Shown here piece after piece: positions 48,774 to 61,739 of a stretch of 64,000 nucleotides of DNA. Numbering within the stretch: the first letter of the stretch is position 1; each line of letters begins with the position of its first letter. Both the position numbers and the translations under genes were made by a program. Below the pieces are notes generated by a model. That model saw nothing but the letters and a program-made list of their open reading frames with translations, did not search any database and had not been told where the DNA came from. Source of the stretch: Ramazzottius varieornatus (taxonomy: Eukaryota; Animalia; Tardigrada); NCBI GenBank assembly GCA_001949185.1, contig BDGG01000003.1, positions 701,197-765,196 on the forward strand, in the 5' to 3' direction.

Positions 48774-51700
48774 CTAAACACGGGACTTAGACAGAACGTT
48801 CTCAGCAAGGGTCCATAAATCTTGAGCCAGTTCTTGTGGTCGTTCCATGGCCGGGAAGTGCCCGCCTGTTTCGTGCTTGACGATGTCGATGATTTGCGGG
48901 AAGTACGGCTTGACGAAGCTGTCAGGCGGAGTACCGGAGGGAATCTCCTTGCGGAAACTAGACAGCAAGGTCGGAGCCTCCACTTCGTAACGACTTCGGA
49001 TGCTTCGGTCAGCGGCAAAGGCTTCTTTGTAAAGGCGTTGTGACGTCATGATGGAGCCGGAAACCCAGTAGACCATAACGTTGGTTAGCAGGTCGTCGAG
49101 GCTGAAGAACCCTTGCAGTCCACCGTCAGGCTTCTCAATATTCGCGTCGTCCGTCCAAGTCGAAAACTTCTCGAGAATGTAGGCTGCTAAACCAGCTGGG
49201 TCGTTAAGCAATGCAGCACCTGAAGCGAGGAAACAACGGCTCAAATAAGGCAAAGTCGGAAATGAACAAAAGGAATTAAAATTAATGATGACGACTTTGG
49301 AAAAAAGAGACTTTGACGACTTTGGCGATCAATCGAGAAACTGAACCGCGCCTTTCGGTTGATGACGGTATACTCTAATTGTCGATGTCATTGTGAGTTA
49401 GTCTTGCCCCTATATCGCTCACCGGCGGTATCGGGCTTTGTGGCGTGCAGGTGCATGTAACCGCTTTCGCGCATCAACCAGCCAAAGTGGTTCTTGAGAA
49501 GCTTGTGGTGTTCGGAAGGCTTGACGAACAAGGATGGTGCGAAGGAGGCCAAAAAATTCTTCAGGAGTACCATGGGGAGGGGAGCTGGGTACATCGTCAA
49601 CGACAGACCGAGAACCCTTCAGAATCGGAAAAATCGTAAGGAACCAAAATCATAAACGAGCAAATGTGTCATACTTTTCTGGATACATCTGAGCGAGGGA
49701 ATGACTAATAAGGCTTCCCCAATCACCTCCATGAACAAAGAAGCGCGGAAATTTCAGGCGAGCCATCAGTTTGCTGAAAATTCGAGCAATGTTTGCTGGA
49801 TCCATCCCTGAAAAAATAAACAATGGTATTCGGAAGGACCGTCCACGATTTTTCGGGTTACCTAGTGCCTACCTGGCTTTTCTGCTGCGTCGGAAAATCC
49901 ATAGCCTAGAATACAGAACGTGATATACAAATTTATATATTTGTTCCAAGTTGAACCCGGAAGTCAGTTTGTCTCACCTGGAATCGATGGGATGACCAGC
50001 TCGAAAGCTACATTTTGGTTTCCCACTCGACGTGGTTTTGTTAGGAGAGGAATCAGCTTGTACAGTTCGAAGAAAGAGCCCGGCCAGCCATGGGTCAGGA
50101 TGATAGGATAAGTCTTGACATCTTTTCCGGCGTTCTCAGGCTTGACGTGCACGAAATGGAGGTTCAGGCCTTCGATATTTGTCTTGAAGTTGGGATAATT
50201 GTTGATCAGGGCTTCTTGTTTCTTCCAGTCAAACTTGGTCAGCCAGTAGTCCACAATCTAGAAAGGAAATTAAGTAAACCATTTTCGAGATATTTCCGAG
50301 ATGAGTGCCGATTTTCCCGCCACCTGCATACACGAGACTGCCCACTCTCGGTACCAACGAGGGAACCTTCAGATCATGTCACTCGCCGATCACGATACAA
50401 ATAATTTCACTTGATAGCTGAGACTCATGGCTCTCTAGAAATATCGGGAAAACCGGCGAATAACCATGCCCTGGATCCACAGAAATCCTCGAAGACATCG
50501 GTTTATTAACTGAAAATATATGGAAACACCATGAACTAGTTCCAAAAATCAGGATTTCCGACTCCTTCGTATTCACAACGAAAAGAATCGATACAGGACG
50601 ATAAGACAGACTCATATAAACCGGTTTTATAGTAAAAAATTTTCACACTTGTGATAGTCAGTCACAAAGCAGTCAAAACACAAATTGTCCTTACACCAGG
50701 AGCATCTGACGAACTGTGTTTTGCGAGATTCGCATTGCGAGATTCGCAACGATCACAACAGAGTGCGCTTTTCGGGAAAGCAAACTCGGCGGAATCCGGC
50801 AACACATCGGGCTTTTCGTCGGAGTACCCGGACTTGTAGAAGGAATACTTCCACAGATTAGTGTAACGCAGACCAGTAAACTGTCTAAAAATTAGCGACT
50901 GGAGCATTATACATTTTTCTCTATGAAATAACTCAAAGTCAATCATGTCAATCAGGACTCTTTCGGAGCACATCCGGAAGTAGTTTCTCCAAGGCCGGTA
51001 GCCGTAGACGTCGAGCGTCTGGACGAGACCAGTCGTTTTTGGAGGAATAGTGAGCAACTCGACTTTGTGCTGCATGTTTTGCAATAACTGCCGATCTTTG
51101 TACGTTGAGAACGAATCGACCAGCAACACACTATCCTCGTCGACGTGCTCCCCGTACACTCTCTCGAAAAATTCGCGCAGTAGCTCCTTCGTAACTTTTC
51201 CGGATGACGAAGCTGTAACGTATATGTTACCACACTTCCTTGTGACACTTTCTGCTTTCTTCGCGACGATAGGTCCGAACTTCCCGCCTGACTCTTGCAT
51301 TACCATGAACAATACAGGTACCTTCCATTCTCCACTCATGGAAACCACTGGCTGTATCGTATAGGAATGGGTGGTAGATTTAATCGACTGGACAACATTT
51401 TCAACATTCTTCGCGCCTACGAGAAACAAAACCACCGATTTTTTAAACATCAGTTTTCATGGTCAGAGATGGTAGCTAATCTCTGTTGTATAAACAATTT
51501 ATCTTTATCAAATTATCTATCAATTTATCTATCTGTAATGCAAAGTGCGTCTTCTGTACATTTCGTAGTTGAAGCCGCTCTGGTCTATTTTGAAGACGTA
51601 TGATGGGTCAGCTGCGAGGGTTATCAGCTTCGCTTCTGCTAGAAATTCAGTAGCTGTCTGGTCGATATCAGCGAGCTCGTTCGTGTAATTTCGGGAAACA

Positions 51701-53337
51701 AATTTCGTTACTTTCACGAAATCCAATCTTGAAGAGCTTCTTCCACCTGCACACCCAACTATCAGATCGACAAAACCATCCAGCTCAACTTCTGCATTCA
51801 TCCGACGAATATCTCCATCGCGCACAATCATTCTTCGTTCTTTCATTTCATCATACTTTCGCTTCACACGCATCCAGATTTGGATCAGCTTCTCACTGCG
51901 ACTTCCACACTGCTCTATCTGGTCTTTTCATCAATGAAGCGTTCTTACATCAGGAACACGCTTGAACTTGCTCTGAAAGCACGACAGCTTGCGCTCCTTT
52001 CCTTTCTCTGATATCCAGAACTGAACGGCTCGCTGCCTGTACGAAAACTCAACGGTTTCTAACCGAGTCTTCTTTGGGGAATTGTCTGGATCATACATCG
52101 ATCTACAGGAAGCTGACTGGAGGTTTCCTCCGCGCGCAGCTCCAATTCGTCTTCCGCCATCTCGCGTATCTGGTCCAAAGTCACCTCCGTTGTGTCGTCA
52201 CCGTCCTCGTATTCCGAATAGATCTCTTCGGTAATGACATCTTCAGACGTTAGAGCAGCAGTTCTGATTAGTTCTGAAACACCAAAATGGCCGTCGAAGC
52301 GTACTTCGAGAAGCCAGCAGCAGGATAAATCCGAGGGTTGGTCATACATTCAATAACGTCCACCAGCTTAACTTCCGCTTGCGTCGCACTTGATATCGTC
52401 GTAAAGTTCTGAAGTCGATCTTCCAACAGATTCAGGATACTGCGAGGATCAACAGACATTGCTGCGTTACAAAGAATGCTACAGAGGATGTTTCTGTCAG
52501 ACCGGAAACCGGAGGTCGATCTGACCGTTGGTTAACAAATTTCGTTTACTGTTTTTGCGATGACATACCATGCATGACCTGGACATGACATGGCATGTGA
52601 GTCATGTTAGCATAAATTGTGTCTTGATTGATGAATAACTTGATTGATTGGCGTTTACTGTACGCAGTCTCATACTTTCAATTCTATCTCGGCAATGTCG
52701 ACTGCCACGCATTGGAGAATTTTTGTGGAGCCCCGGCATGGTTATTCGCCATTCTTCCCGATATTTGTAGAGAGCCATGAGTCTCAGCTATCACGTGAAA
52801 TCATTTCTATCGTGATCGGCCAGTGACATGGTCTGAAGGTTCCCTCGTAAGTTAAGTCTGTATGCGGGTAACTTAGGTGCTGATACGACACTCACCTGCA
52901 TACGGACTTGTTGTCGCATTATCCGCATACGCAAGGCTCGGTGTATGTAGGTTCATAGATCAGAACAATAATATTTATCCTACCTTCTTCAGCTGATCAC
53001 CAGGAAATCCGTAAGAAAAGTTCTGGCCTTGTATAGATTTGCCGTACTTCGTCTTGCTCAGTCGATCCCTCAAGTCATCCAAAACTTCTACGGAAACATT
53101 CAGCATCCATGGCACAACTGCATCACTGACGGATGCTGATTTTCCCACCGTCCAGGCTTTCTCTTCGTACGGAAAGACACTAGATTTATCCGGCAGGGGA
53201 GACAGGACTTTCCAGAAGTAGTCCGGACTGTAGAGTACGACGCCGAACAGAATCGTGCTGATGGTAAAGAAGAAGAAGAGGAACGGCTTGAGGAAGCCAC
53301 CGCTGTTAGCCCGGTTTGCTTCCGCTTTCTGCGCCAT
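48774..53337 (-). CDS. EPHX1: Microsomal/JH-type epoxide hydrolase, about 6 exons
   Basis: N-terminal TM, HGWPGSF, PSIPG|YGFSD (33-nt exon 49873-49905), HGGDWGS, ATKPDT, AYILEKFSTWT, GGHFPAME. Confidence 0.93.
50358..52847 (-). mobile_element. pogo-like DD-D transposon with ~130-bp TIRs in epoxide hydrolase intron 1
   Basis: TIR CGAGGGAACCTTCAGA...; TA on the right, AA on the left. Frameshifted transposase with IDQSGFNYE, THSYTIQP, LLVDSFSTY, VQTLDVYG. Confidence 0.92.
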
Positions 53338-54010
53338 GATCGATCAGCTGCGTCTCCTTAGGACAAAAGTAATAAATAAGCTGTCAGTGACAGAGAGTAG
53401 CTCCGGAGGTAAGAGAAGGCATGGTAAGTACGAGTGGGGATGGCTGGAGGAAATCAAAGGTTGCTTATCAGTCTGTATCAACAGGTTGTGTTGTTGATAA
53501 CTGATAAGGACGAAGAAGCCGGTCTCCGAGAGTAACGAAGCGGGTGACAGACAAGTCGTTATCTAGGCTGCAAAGGGGCGGAACTAGGGGCAATCTTGTG
53601 CCTCGAAAAGCTTGAAGAGATCATCCGGAGAAGTTGCATCCGGTGAAAGCAGGAAGATCGAACAGCCGAAGAAAAAAGAACGGTAGAGTTGGTTAACCGC
53701 AATCAGCTGATGTGATACAACGAAGGGATCAGCAGCTTACCTGTGTTCACGTGGTGTTTCTTGTCTTTGATTACCGTTATGAGTCACGTGACTACGGGTA
53801 CGCCGCTGATTTCTTCATCGTAGAAATTAGAATAAATGGGTGCCAGGTGATTGTGTACTGCTCAACTGTACATTGCTCCTAAACCTAGTAATTCTCGACC
53901 CGGCTCCTGGCTGCAGCACATCGCGCTTTTCTCGCCTTAAGTTTTTTCAAAAACTAGAACCTTTGCGACGTATCCCTCATCAGTCTATCGTTAATGGTTA
54001 GAAACAAGAT

Positions 54011-54409
54011 GGAAATGGCTAAAGGCACCCCTATTTAATTGATTCATTAGGAAACCGCTAACCCGGCAAATGGCTATCGACACCCCAAGCTTTACTGAGA
54101 GGCAGAAATCATGTTCCTATGATGAGATCAAGCGCTCCATCCCACAATGGGCTTATTGGTAAGCACGCTATTAAGCCTAACACGAACTGCGACAGCTTCA
54201 TCTGCTTTAATGATAAGCTGAGGTTTCTCTATCGTCCACTCGTTTTTCGGCCACGGCGTTGGTCGCATGTCGAGTACGTTCCGGTTGCAATTGCACCAAA
54301 AATAGGGGTGTCCGTAGTAAAATACCATTAGAGGGATGGTCGAATTAGTGAATTATACCGGGGTGCCTATAGCCAAACGGGGTTTCAAGGGGTGCCTGTA
54401 GCATCACCC
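54011..54409. mobile_element. MITE with repeated GGCTA..GGCACCCC subterminal motifs
   Basis: Two forward copies on the left and three inverted copies on the right. Confidence 0.65.
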
Positions 54410-56778
54410 AAAAAAGATAGACCCAGGTACAATATTGCTTACAACGATGAACAAAAAACGTGCTGAGTCAGTAAATCTTTATTATACTGTAAGTATTCGC
54501 TGCATCCGCGCAATATGTACGCGTACGTGACGATACACACGCGTAGGGGGTTGTGCATTCCGTGAAACCGGACCGAAGCTGTACTTCACGTGTACGAGAA
54601 CGTACTGCGCAGATGCTGCGAATATTCCCGGCACTTTTCTGGAAAAAGCGATTATCGCTTCTTCATTAGACAGTTCCTTAACCGGCGAACAACAGTTCCT
54701 CGAGCTCATTCAAATGACGTACGGGGTGGTTCCTACTCTCCTACTAATTGTCACGAAACCCTATCTTAACTCACTCTCCAGGGTACTGCGCATAACCGAC
54801 CTATGATACACCGTTCGATGGAGAAAACATCGTTCTATCTACGGACCAGTTTCAAAATGCAAAAGTTTGATCAGCTGACTTTCTGATGCTAAAACTAGAA
54901 GATGGTCTTCACTCAGCTTACTTCTGGCATCTTCCGTTCCGCATGTTCTGGAAAGCTGCTTGCGAGATTCTTTCCAGCTTGCCTGATGGGTATGACCAAA
55001 CACCTGCCTACCGTGCACGACTAAAGTTGGCTTAAATTTAACTGATGGTAGAGAAACAAAATTATAGCCTATGCCAGGTGGAAAAGGATCTTTTCGCGGT
55101 TAATAAAGTTTTCTTTTTTCCATTGCCCCTTCCGAATCTCACGCAAAAGACGTCAGTAATCTCCCAGTAGAGAAGCGTCCGGTACCTGCACCGGTACTGT
55201 TCTTAGTGATGACTGTTCTTAGTGATGGATGAACGATTACTTGCTCTTTGTTTCCAGGAGGGCCTTGAGGATTCGTTGTGATCACAAGACTTCCGCCACT
55301 ACAAATTAAGGTTGAGGCTTTCTAAGAAAGAATGAGTTCATTCCAATTTGGACTTTCATATCTCGGAAACTAGCCAACTCACTTGCTAAAAACCTATCAG
55401 CGGAATCGGAGAAACAGCTTTGTTGAAAAACGGAAATTTTTCCGCCAAGATTGCCATTTTGCGAAATAATGCCGAAAAGAAGTATTATTAAGCCGACTAC
55501 TTTTGAAATCATCCTCTCCTTCATGGAGAACAAATATTTCAACCGACTGTTTACTCACTACGACACCATTGTCTGGCCTATTGACTGTAACCAAAGCGCA
55601 AGTCATTCGTACATCCTGGATGTAGTGGTAGAGCTAAAATTTGGTGAAAATTAGGCGGTGCCACTCGTTATTTCACGGTTGAGCATATCGCCAGACAGTC
55701 TGTTTCGGTCGTTTTCTGTCTCAGTGGTATTACAGTACAGTCAGGTATCAGATTTGCTTCAGAAAATAACAACCTTTCCGAGCGATAGTCTGAGGCTGAG
55801 TTATCTGAGACGAAACTCGGGAATCGTCAGTTCAATCTTTAATGAAAGTGGACGGGGTTTCGCGACTGAAACGGGGTGATTTCCCCCTTACGTGATAGAT
55901 ATGTCTCTTGACGTACTATAAAGAGCAGGAAGTGATGCTATAAGCCCCTTAAGAAAATGCGGAAAGCGTGAAGCCATTGTCAACCCCGTATAGCAACACT
56001 AAGTTCTTGGGGTGTCTACTTGTCGTTGTATCGTGGGTAGCATGGAGTCACCGGCGAAAAAAACCGGATGTGTAGATCGGCGTCTGATCTTCTTGACCGT
56101 TCTCTCGTGAGAGTCCCTGATCCTTTCCGCCACCAAATGACCACTATGATAGGCGATTGAGGCGAATATGTGCATAGAATGGATCTCGAGACCGAAAGCG
56201 CACTCGCACACTCCCAACCCGCAACGGCCAGAAGTACAGAATTCGTGAAACGAAACTAAGTCGACTGATTGCTCGACGCCGATGCAGTCCGTATCTTCTC
56301 CCGTGTATAAAGCCGCAGCTGCGGTAACTGTAGCAACTATGTACTCTGTTATGTAACTATCATACGATGGTCGAGTTAGAAAAGATATGGCAGTGAGAAA
56401 TACGTACGACCGGTGCAAAGGTCAGACGGTACCGGAAAAATTGTTTTGGAATCCAGAGCCGAAAATTCCCAACACACTGTGCTATTGCTCGGTTAGAACG
56501 TCAATCAATGAAAGAAATTGGTACATGTTTCTAAGTAACACACGGAACGAACAGTCAGTCGCTACGCAGAGCGCGCATAATGAGACACGTACGGCAGTAC
56601 TGAAAAAGTAGCTAATGTGCCTTTTACTGATCCTCCCGCTCCATTAGGATCTTCCGTGCTCAAAAGTTTGAACTACCACAACGCTAGCTGATTTTCATGG
56701 ACACCTTGTAGTATCGATAAGCTTCTGTGCTGGGAAGAGCTCTGCTGATCTTACATATTTGGGTACTTTGGGAGCACT

Positions 56779-59700
56779 ATGCACGTACTCTTTACCAACT
56801 GGGCATGGCCATCCTCCCTACTTCGGATTAAACTTTGTGCGCTTTGCTGTGTCCAGTATTTGGAATTCGCTGCAGGTAAGTCGTGTTCCGCACTTGGAAA
56901 TAACCTGATGTTTGGTCATACTTGCTAAAAGATTAAGACAGACCAGGCTGACGACTACTTGTCATGCTATCGATATATCCCATTCTTAGAACAGGGCAAC
57001 ATCTTTACATTCCTCTCTGCTCACAGGTTTAGGGGTCAGAAGTTGTGTTACTTGCCAGTCCTACGTGGGCGAAGTCGTGCTGGACCAGGCTTACCAATAT
57101 GACCCTAAGTGTATGTCTACCAACGCTACAATTATTAACAGTTTCAAACAGCCCTGCGAAAAACAAGGGTATATTCAAACGAGAGAACATAGGATGCCAG
57201 ACACGGTACCACCTGGACAAGGACATGAAGACAGGTAATTTCAAAACCACCAGATCGCGCCAACGTGACAAATTTAAACATAATAATGCATGTCATTGTC
57301 TTTGATAATGTGATGATTTGGTGGAAAAAACCGAAGGATAGTACACGGATTTGACCTAATTACTGGCCGATTAACGTTGACAGTTATTGGCCACCCGTTT
57401 ATTTCGGCGATCAGTGACTCGACTGATTCGACTGTTCACACAGCTTACGAATCTGTAAGGTCCACCATAGCAAGATGAAACCGAAACAGTCGAGTCTTCT
57501 GCCGTAGTTGGCACATAAAGCAGGTGGCCAAAAATTCGAAATCGGACAATAATTATGTCGGATGTGTGCATCGTATCCGATAATCTTTCCGTAGGTGTAT
57601 GATAGCATTAGTACACCTATCCTACTTATCTTTCACCGAAGTAGTCACCAATGGGCTGACTGGACTGAATACAGTCCACTCGTTCGAAATCCTTACACGC
57701 ACGGCGGGAAATTATGGGGCCAGGCCTTTTCGCTACGGCGGTACGGAAGCACGTACGTACGTGACCGATCCACTTTTGGAAACTTTTCTACGTTTGAATT
57801 TCCGTTTTGCTGTCTTTTCCGTCTGGTCCCATAATTTTTACTGGCCCCGTAATTTCCCGTCCTGCGTGTACACTATTCTTCAATTCCAAATTGGCAGGGC
57901 CGACGCGCCCTATATCGAATGGATCAAACTTTTACTTATGGGACGATCATGGTGTCGAAACATAAAAATACTTTGATTTGACTGTTGGGATGCGTTGTCA
58001 CCACTATACTACACATCTTTCATTAGTCGCAGCAGTAATCGGAAATCTATACAACGGTGTAAGCTAGTTTGTACAAGGTCTGAGGGCTGCTTGTGAGCAT
58101 AACAATGCCGGGGCCATTTGTATGTAGTTGGTCAACGGAGATGGGCAACCCACCAAAGAACAAGATATGCAGGACGCATTGCACTTGCTCGAAATAAATG
58201 TGTTTCCTGCAGCCTGTCCCTGACTCAGTTTTCGGTCAAGGCTTTGCTTCGCATAGATGCCTGTTCAAGCGAAAGAATATCAAACTGTTTAACGGGATTC
58301 ATACGGGAGTGGCCCGAAGCGGGTGAGAAATCTCCAAATGGTTTTCGTGAATCATTGGAATGATCCATACTCCAAGACAATGAGAGGGTGGAATGGTCTC
58401 ACAAAAACATTTCAGCTTGCTGCCGTTACTGCGCGTTGGGTTTTACGGTTGGGGTACCCATGATCAAGAAAGTGGGTGAGTTTGTCAAAATTTCAATCAC
58501 CAATTTCTACCAGGCTCCCGAGTACGCAGTCAAGCATGCTAACCGACATTATCATATCCAAGCGGAAGCAAATACTCTTGCATTCAAAGAGACCAACATA
58601 TTACCGCTTAATCCTAAGGAAAGTTACAAGGTTTCCGTTTTGAGTTCGTTATCAAAAATCGTCGAACTTCTATCCAGACAGGAAATTACTTTCCGCGGTA
58701 CCAAAAGCAAGTTGGAAAGTAAGGAAATGAATATCAGTACGGGTCACGAGCTGTTCAATGTTGATGAATGGAGGTTCAGCAACTTTGGAGCAATTTATTT
58801 GTTCCGATTGGACTCTGGCGACCTGGAAGTTCGTGATAACGTCAAGCAAGAACCTGCCAAGCCACGTTACTATTCTTCCGACGTCCGAAACAAACTTATT
58901 GCTCTTCAGTGCAGCTGCGTACGGAAACAAATTCTGGTAGACGTATATAGCAAGAGCTCATGCTGCTCATCAGCCCGACGAATTTCAGGTATCGTTTTTG
59001 ACTTTCTGTCCTTACTTTACAGGTCAAACAGAGCAAATATTTCTCAATAATCGCTGGCGGGACGATGGATTTTTCCAAAATAGATCAAATATCCATTACT
59101 ATTCGGTACCTCCACGGCGTCAGAAGAAAGTAGTCCTTCATCGAGTTTGTGGATGTGTACAATAGCACAACGGGTAAGGAGCGCCCTTGCACTAGTATTC
59201 ATCTTAATTGAGCCAGCATGATCTGATTTTCTCCATTGTCTCTAACTGTAGGGAAGACACTGGCAGCAAAAAATTATGGACAGACTCACCTATTACGAAC
59301 TCGACCCACAAATTCGTCAAGGCCAAGGTTTCGACGGCGCGGCAAGCATGTGGGGTCGCATCAAAAGAGTTCGAGCTGAGATTACCAAGGTCCAGCCAAA
59401 AGCAATCTACACTCACTGCTATGCGCACTCGGTCAACCTTGTGATTGGAAACGCGGTGGAGATGGGGTGGATCCACAAATTCTACGGTGAGGTCAACAAG
59501 ATCAAGGAGTACTTTGGTACACCGAAGCGCGGAACTCTTCTTCTGGAGACTTTCGGCTGCCCTAGAGGTACCAAAGTACCATCAACCGTCTGCGATACAA
59601 GGTGGAATTATGCTGATGTCACGAGCGCTGCTTTCGGTTCCTACTCTTATCTGGTGGATGGTCTAGAGGCCCTGGGAAGCAACGGCAACTTTGATCTTGA

Positions 59701-61602
59701 TAGCCGAAACGGCGCAAATGCACTTCGCGAAATGATGCTATAGTCGATCGAAATTTGAGCACGCAATTCACTATTATAACCAAACTATTCATGATTTACG
59801 CTGAGGTACCAATAACATCCGCTACTGCTCAAAGAAGCTTTTCAGTGCTGAGACGGGAAAAAACATGGCTCGGGACGTCCATGAAAAACGAACGGTTGCC
59901 CGACTTAACTGTCGTTGACGTTCACAAAGACATCGTCGTCCCACACAGTGAGATAACGGAAAGATACATTTCTGACACGGATTTCGGTGCTGCAATCCCT
60001 CCTTTTTCACCCACCACGATCGTTAATCCGGCCGATATGGAGATCGACGAGGGCGAAGACGAAACGGAAGAAAGCGATACTTGCGAGGATTTAGACGACG
60101 GCGACGATATGGAGTTCGTCGCAGGTGATGACTAGCTCCTCCTCACCTAACCTTGTTAATATTTTCGCACTTTTACTTATGCTTACTGATATTGTGTGTG
60201 TTGTCGACGAATAATTTCTGAACATCGGTTGAGTACGGTAGGCCAAAAAAGATTGCTTTCGGTCGGCGTGGTCTCGTAATCTTAGCCTTTATCATACAGT
60301 TTTCACTTACTTATTAACCGAAACTTTTGCCCTTTTCTTGTTAAGAGCGAACGACACCGCTGCATTTTGATAGTTATCGAACGAAAATGTTCGACGTGAT
60401 GATACGGACTTAACCTTTTTCTAGCATGCGTCGACTGGTCAGCATCCGGAACCAGCTTTCGGAGTCCGAAGATCACTTTCTGACGAAAGTGTTGTGGCAC
60501 CGGTACAGTTTTATGGCTCCACTGTTATTCATCAATCAAATCAAAATATTTCATGTTTCGACACCATGACCGTCCCATAAGCGAGAGTTTGATCCATTCG
60601 ATATAGGGCGCGTCGGCCCTGCAAATCGGCAAAATCACCATAAACACAGGCTGGCTCGCTATGATGTTTCTAACTGTTTGTTCGTTCGAACGCAACAATA
60701 GAAGCAACTTGTTGCAGCCACTTTTCGCTCTTCGAAAAACAGAAACAAGTTCCAGGATCTCGAATACATAGAAATCTTTAACAGTGCTGCATTCGGTCTA
60801 ATGGATTGTAAAGGCAAGGGTAGCAGCCGACAGTTTAATTTGCAAAACTGCTTTCGGAAAGCTGACGCGTTCCCTGTGGCACAAAACAATTGATAGATTT
60901 TCGATGAAAACTGATTGTCTTTGGCAAGCTTTGTTTTTGGCAAGCTATACGGTTGATGTTTGACAGATGGCAAACAGAACTAGAAGAACACTGTAAGGAT
61001 CTCGAGCGAGTGGACTGTATTGGTGATGAAGTTCGGCTTTTTCAGTTTCAGCCTGTGTCGAACAATCAAAGTTTTGAAGAAACAGTAAAACCTGCCGTGT
61101 TTTCTCTATAGTCATAGATGTAGCTCGTGGATGCATGTTTTATACAGACAACACGTTCACGAAGGATGAAGGTATGAGCCTTATCCAAGCACAAACGCCG
61201 GTAGGAACTTGTTGGTTCAGGCCCCCTTTTAATGCCCACGCCTGTGTCTGTACCGACCGCGACAATTGTAACGTTTATCCGTCAATCGGTAAAGACAGCA
61301 AAGGCCATCTTGTTCCATCTGTCAAACCCCCCGACGCAAACGGCAATATAATACCTGGATCCGGAGCTGCGGATGTCAGAGATCCAGTCCAGGCGGAGGT
61401 CTCAAACAATAATGGCAACAACAATAACGCCGAAGGGGAGGAAACTTCATCCAATGCCACTCTCGCCGACCTCGGTACCGTTGGGAATCATAGTAGCCCG
61501 GATGGTGCGACCAAGCACTCCAGCGGTGGAACCTACTTGTTCACGGTTCTCGTTGTGACAGCTAAGTTTCATTTCGATTTTCCTGCGATTTCGTTGCTGT
61601 AG
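56779..61602 (+). CDS. Ly6/uPAR/quiver-like three-finger protein, probably GPI-anchored, with a 1-nt frameshift
   Basis: Exons 56779-56875, 57027-57234 and ~61112-61602: leader, SCVTC, KC, PC, GC, VARGC, CVCTDRDNCN, Ser/Asn-rich spacer, hydrophobic tail. The frame shifts near the A5 run at 57159-57163. Confidence 0.68.
57696..57868. mobile_element. TA-flanked MITE
   Basis: TIR CACGCA.G.CGGGAAATTA.GGGGCCAG. Confidence 0.8.
57895..60621 (+). mobile_element. hAT (Tip100/ZMYM1-THAP12-like) transposon with decayed transposase
   Basis: ~90-bp TIRs starting CAGGGCCGACGCGCCC; TSD CAAATTGG/CAAATCGG. Motifs GQGFDGAASM, YTHCYAHSVNL, CDTRW, PITSATAQRSFSVLRR.KTWL. Confidence 0.94.
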
Positions 61603-61739
61603 GCCTTTGATTTCGGTAGTTGCATTGCCTGCATTTCTCAAGGTTTGCCGTGCTATGCCGAGTGCAGAACGCGTGTTAACGCGCATGTCGCCATCATTAA
61701 TTTTCTCTGATCTAATTTGGTGTTTAGGGCATGTATTTG

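Noticed and set aside
55999-56418. 139-aa minus-strand ORF
   Set aside because: No recognisable motif or supporting exon structure.
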